NCBI GenBank assembly: GCA_965603825.1
Contig: CBFDEM010000043.1
Location: 124,001-188,000 of the forward strand
Reading direction: 5' to 3'
Length of the DNA: 64,000 bases
Source of the DNA: Blepharisma stoltei ATCC 30299
Taxonomy: Eukaryota; Protista; Ciliophora
Shown here: piece after piece, positions 60,762 through 64,000 of the stretch
Layout: each line of letters opens with the position of its first letter
How positions within the stretch are numbered: the stretch's first letter is position 1
The notes under the pieces: generated by a model
What the model saw: only the letters and a program-made list of their open reading frames with translations
What the model was told of the DNA's origin: nothing
Database searches by the model: none
Program-made: the position numbers and the translations under genes

Positions 60762-62615
60762 ATGAAATTCGTGGCCTTACTAAGTGGAGGAAAAGATTCT
60801 CTCTATGCACTTGCCAAAGCTTTAGAAATGGGCCATGAATTAGTATGTGTTGCTAACTTATACAGTGCTTCAGAAGAAGACAGCTATATGTTCCAAACAG
60901 TTGGCACAACTTTAGTTCCAGCAATCGCAAAATCATTAGGAACCAACATAGTTACCAGGAGACTTATTGGTAAAAGCATAAATAAAGAATCTGCATATAT
61001 CCCAACTGAAAATGACGAAATAGAAGATCTTTTCAAGCTAATTCAAGAAGCAAAATATAGATATCCTCAAATAGACTCTGTTGTAAGCGGAGCAGTTCTT
61101 AGTGACTACCAAAGAGCCAGGGTTGAGAATATCTGCTCAAGATTAGGACTATCCAGCATTGCTCCACTGTGGAGAATGGACCAAAGAGAGCTCCTCATAA
61201 AAATGGTAGAAGAAGGCTTCGATAGCATTTTAATCAAAATTTCTTCAATGGGACTTGGCAAAGAACATCTCGGTCAAAGAATTGCAGACCTTATCAGCTA
61301 TTTTGATGGCTTAAAAAAGAAATACGGATTCAATATGTGTGGGGAAGGCGGAGAATACGAAAGCTTGATTTTGGATGCCCCAATTATGAAATATAAAATT
61401 GTGATTGAAAGCTCAGAAGTTGTTACAGATAAATCTCCAGACTATTCTCCATATGGGCATTTACAAATTACTGGGCTTTCTCTTTTGAATAAAGAGACTG
61501 GAGAAAAGGAGCCTTATTGTGTAGAAGCAATTTCTTATCCTAAATTATTCCGAAATATTGAAGAATTTTATACCCCAGAGCTAGACGTTGCAGCTTTTGG
61601 AATGCCACATGGGAGCATAGAGCATGAAGCCTTTTTGATACTAAAAGGCCTTGAAGAAATACTAGAAATTCATGGATTTTCTATGAAAGAGATTTATTAT
61701 GTAGTTGTTTTCATAAAAGACATGAGAAACTTTGCTGCTTTTAATGCTGTTTACTCTAAGTTTTTCAATTTTCCTAACCCACCTAGCAGAGTGCTATGTG
61801 AATATGCAAACCAAAGTTGCCAAGTCAAGCTAATGGTGAAAGGGACTAAAGATGCAAAAAAATGCACATGGGTCCAAAGCATTTCGCCATGGGCTGTAGC
61901 AAATATCGGACCTTATAGTCAATCCTATAAGGTTAACAGCTGTTTGCATATGGCAGGAGTTATCCCTCTTGTCCCATCCACAATGCAAATAGCTACTGAT
62001 CAGGTATCTCAGACTTTTAAAAACTGTGAAGCAGTAGCAGAAATTAACGGATTTAAGCTAGAAGAATCTGAAATGTGTGTTGTCTATTATGCAGGAGAAA
62101 AGCCTGATATTGATGAACGCTATAATCCCTTCTGGGTTAAGCCTACAGGAATTCCGAGAAATTGTGCTTTAGAACTAGAATTTCATTTGCAAAAAGATAT
62201 GCCTGCTTTTACTGCTCAAGAAACTGAATTAGAAGGATATGAGTTTAAAGCTACCATAAAAAGAAGAGAAATTAAAGAATTTACTTACTTTTATTGGTAT
62301 TTGACCATAGAAAATGATGAAAATACAGAAGGGCTTATTGAAGCTTTGAAGGAGGAGCTAGATAGCTATTTTTCAGAGGTGAGAAGCAAATCGCCATCAG
62401 TAGCAGAACAATTGTTAGGTGCTGAGCCTATTTCGGTAAAGATAGAGGACTATATAGCAGATTTAAGAATATTTTCAACACATCCAAATGATTATAAAAG
62501 TGGGTGGCTGCTAAACGTGCCTTGTGCTTTTATTGATTCAGAAACTAATGGGATCTTGATATATGGGAGCGATCCTTTGCAGTTAGCCACTTATCATTTC
62601 ATTAATAACTCTTAA
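60762..62615 (+). CDS. DPH6: Diphthine-ammonia ligase with C-terminal YjgF/RidA-like domains
   Basis: ALLSGGKDS, DSYMFQTVG, SGAVLSDYQRARVE, CGEGGEYE, VQSIS.WA.ANIGPYSQ. Confidence 0.95.
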   Translation: MKFVALLSGGKDSLYALAKALEMGHELVCVANLYSASEEDSYMFQTVGTTLVPAIAKSLGTNIVTRRLIGKSINKESAYIPTENDEIEDLFKLIQEAKYRYPQIDSVVSGAVLSDYQRARVENICSRLGLSSIAPLWRMDQRELLIKMVEEGFDSILIKISSMGLGKEHLGQRIADLISYFDGLKKKYGFNMCGEGGEYESLILDAPIMKYKIVIESSEVVTDKSPDYSPYGHLQITGLSLLNKETGEKEPYCVEAISYPKLFRNIEEFYTPELDVAAFGMPHGSIEHEAFLILKGLEEILEIHGFSMKEIYYVVVFIKDMRNFAAFNAVYSKFFNFPNPPSRVLCEYANQSCQVKLMVKGTKDAKKCTWVQSISPWAVANIGPYSQSYKVNSCLHMAGVIPLVPSTMQIATDQVSQTFKNCEAVAEINGFKLEESEMCVVYYAGEKPDIDERYNPFWVKPTGIPRNCALELEFHLQKDMPAFTAQETELEGYEFKATIKRREIKEFTYFYWYLTIENDENTEGLIEALKEELDSYFSEVRSKSPSVAEQLLGAEPISVKIEDYIADLRIFSTHPNDYKSGWLLNVPCAFIDSETNGILIYGSDPLQLATYHFINNS

Positions 62616-62693
62616 TGCAGAAATCACCAAATAAGTCAAAATAAAAATTCATTAATTTTCCTATTTGCCCCATTAATCACATTAGTAATCTTA

Positions 62694-64000
62694 ATGAAAC
62701 ACAAAATAAGCGGGCTTGGAGCTTGGGAAGACTTAAAAATTCCTGCCATCAGCGGTCTCTGCAGCACAACTCAAAGCTTTGGCCTTGTCTGGCACCACTC
62801 TGACGTAGTGTAATAAAAACTCAGCATCCTCGACTTCAAGCATATGCGAAGCATGCGTGCCCTCAGCACAGGAAATAATGGCGTTGACTTTGCCCACATC
62901 TCAGGCTTTGCCTGCTTTCTAGTCTGCCAGGACAAGTTTCCTTCATCAATTACCATTTTTGACATAGCCTCCACCCAAACCAAAAAAGTTATTCTCCCTG
63001 GAAAGCTGAGATGCACCTATGTAGAACACATTGAGGTAAATTTTATATAGGATTTTGACTTTATAGTAGGGACTGACCAAGGGACAATCCTTATTTATTT
63101 AGATGGGAGTTTTGCGCAATGCAAAGAATTGACTGAGACTGAAAAAACAAGCGTCACTTGTATTGTAAATGATAATTAGAAATATGATATCAATAGTTTA
63201 GGAAGACTTGCAGCTGTAGGACTGGGGACTGGAGATATTGTTGTGGTTGAGCTTGATGAACTATCTGAGTTCCGACTGCCTGATTTTACACAAAAAGGTG
63301 GCAAAGTGACTGGAATTGACTTTATTGCGAGCGCCACAGGAGTCCTCCTAGCAGTTTTCAGAGAAGAGCCTTCTTCTTTTACAGTCACACAGATTGCAGA
63401 AGAAAATAAAATCACTGAAATTGCAAGAATTGACTACCCAAGATTTACCAGCCTCCTACAAATGAGCGTTTTTGAAAATTCTATGCTTTTTCTTGCAGCT
63501 TTATCAGGGACTGAGCTTGAAGTTTCTATTTACCATCCTGTAGTAAACCAAACTGAATTAATTATTTTAGACCAAAAAGAGTTTACTCTAGATGAACTGA
63601 ATTCTGTAGTAAATATAACAATCCCCGAAACTTCTATTTTTAAGAATAAAATTGAATTCGGGTGTGATCTCTGGATTTTAGGACGGGGAGGCTCAGAACT
63701 TCAAGTATTTCCTATTACATCGTCAGAGTCTGAAAAAATAACACAGAATTTGGTGACTTCTTGTATGGACCATACCATATGGCAAAAACCTGAGACGCTT
63801 GAAAGGATACTTGTGGAGTATGAAAAGGCAGGGATAAAAAGCCCGGCTTATTATCAAGATATGATGAACCCAGCAATTATATCAGTTTTAGTTAAAGAAA
63901 AAAAAAGTAATGTGGTCAGTGAATTTATGCTGAGAAAATTCCAAGACAGCTATTTACTCCCTGAAGAATATATATCAATAATAGAGTCCTGGCTGAAAAA
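62694..64000 (+). CDS. 3'-partial WD40/beta-propeller protein (possibly ELYS-like), three 15-nt introns
   Basis: ATG 62694; the frame stays open to the window end after removing introns 62810..62824, 63036..63050 and 63165..63179. Propeller motifs FIVGTDQGTIL, AAVGLGTGDIVVVEL, VTGIDF. Confidence 0.7.
62810..62824 (+). other. 15-nt spliceosomal intron
   Basis: gtaataaaaactcag; contains an in-frame TAA. Confidence 0.8.
63036..63050 (+). other. 15-nt spliceosomal intron
   Basis: gtaaattttatatag; terminal TAG in frame. Confidence 0.85.
63165..63179 (+). other. 15-nt spliceosomal intron
   Basis: gtaaatgataattag; terminal TAG in frame. Confidence 0.85.

Noticed and set aside
1-64000. TGA as selenocysteine
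   Set aside because: The TGAs align with Trp rather than catalytic Cys positions, occur in most genes, and 3'UTRs are too short for SECIS elements.
1-64000. Mycoplasma or mitochondrial origin (also code 4)
   Set aside because: Gene content is eukaryotic nuclear (kinesin, CEP290, eL13, VPS13) with spliceosomal introns.
1-64000. Ambiguous all-stops-recoded code as in Condylostoma
   Set aside because: Every internal TAA/TAG found lies within a 15-nt GT..AG intron; none needs a sense reading.
1-64000. tRNA, rRNA, CRISPR array, telomeric repeats
   Set aside because: None recognised by eye; tRNAscan-SE and Infernal would be needed to exclude divergent RNAs.

Overview
AT-rich, gene-dense eukaryotic nuclear DNA. 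It most likely comes from the macronuclear genome of a heterotrich ciliate of the Blepharisma type (inference). The supplied ORF track is fragmented for two reasons. (1) TGA is a sense codon for Trp: more than 40 in-frame TGAs, many at invariant Trp positions of well-known families, while all rebuilt genes with a visible end stop at TAA or TAG. (2) Genes carry tiny 15-16 nt GT..AG introns, all with an A at position 10. Re-reading with these rules gives about 42 protein genes, including TBCEL, a TTLL, CEP290, eL13, RNase Z, an IQCE-like protein, RSPH1-like, an RBR E3, bL25m-like, VPS13, a BET protein, AKR, SMARCAL1-like, CEP41, kinesin-7, dUTPase and DPH6. Some intergenic gaps are only 2-30 bp. 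The most notable observations are a CEP290 with six EF-hands inserted in its coiled coil, a nearby IQCE-like/EF-hand fusion (together suggesting Ca2+-sensing ciliary-base scaffolds), an eL13 lacking its C-terminal ~60 residues, a membrane-anchored pseudo-aspartic protease, a short VPS13 ending in -CC, and an apparent kb-scale G/C-skew oscillation inside long genes. No rRNA, tRNA, CRISPR or transposase was recognised. All family assignments come from motif recognition, not database searches.
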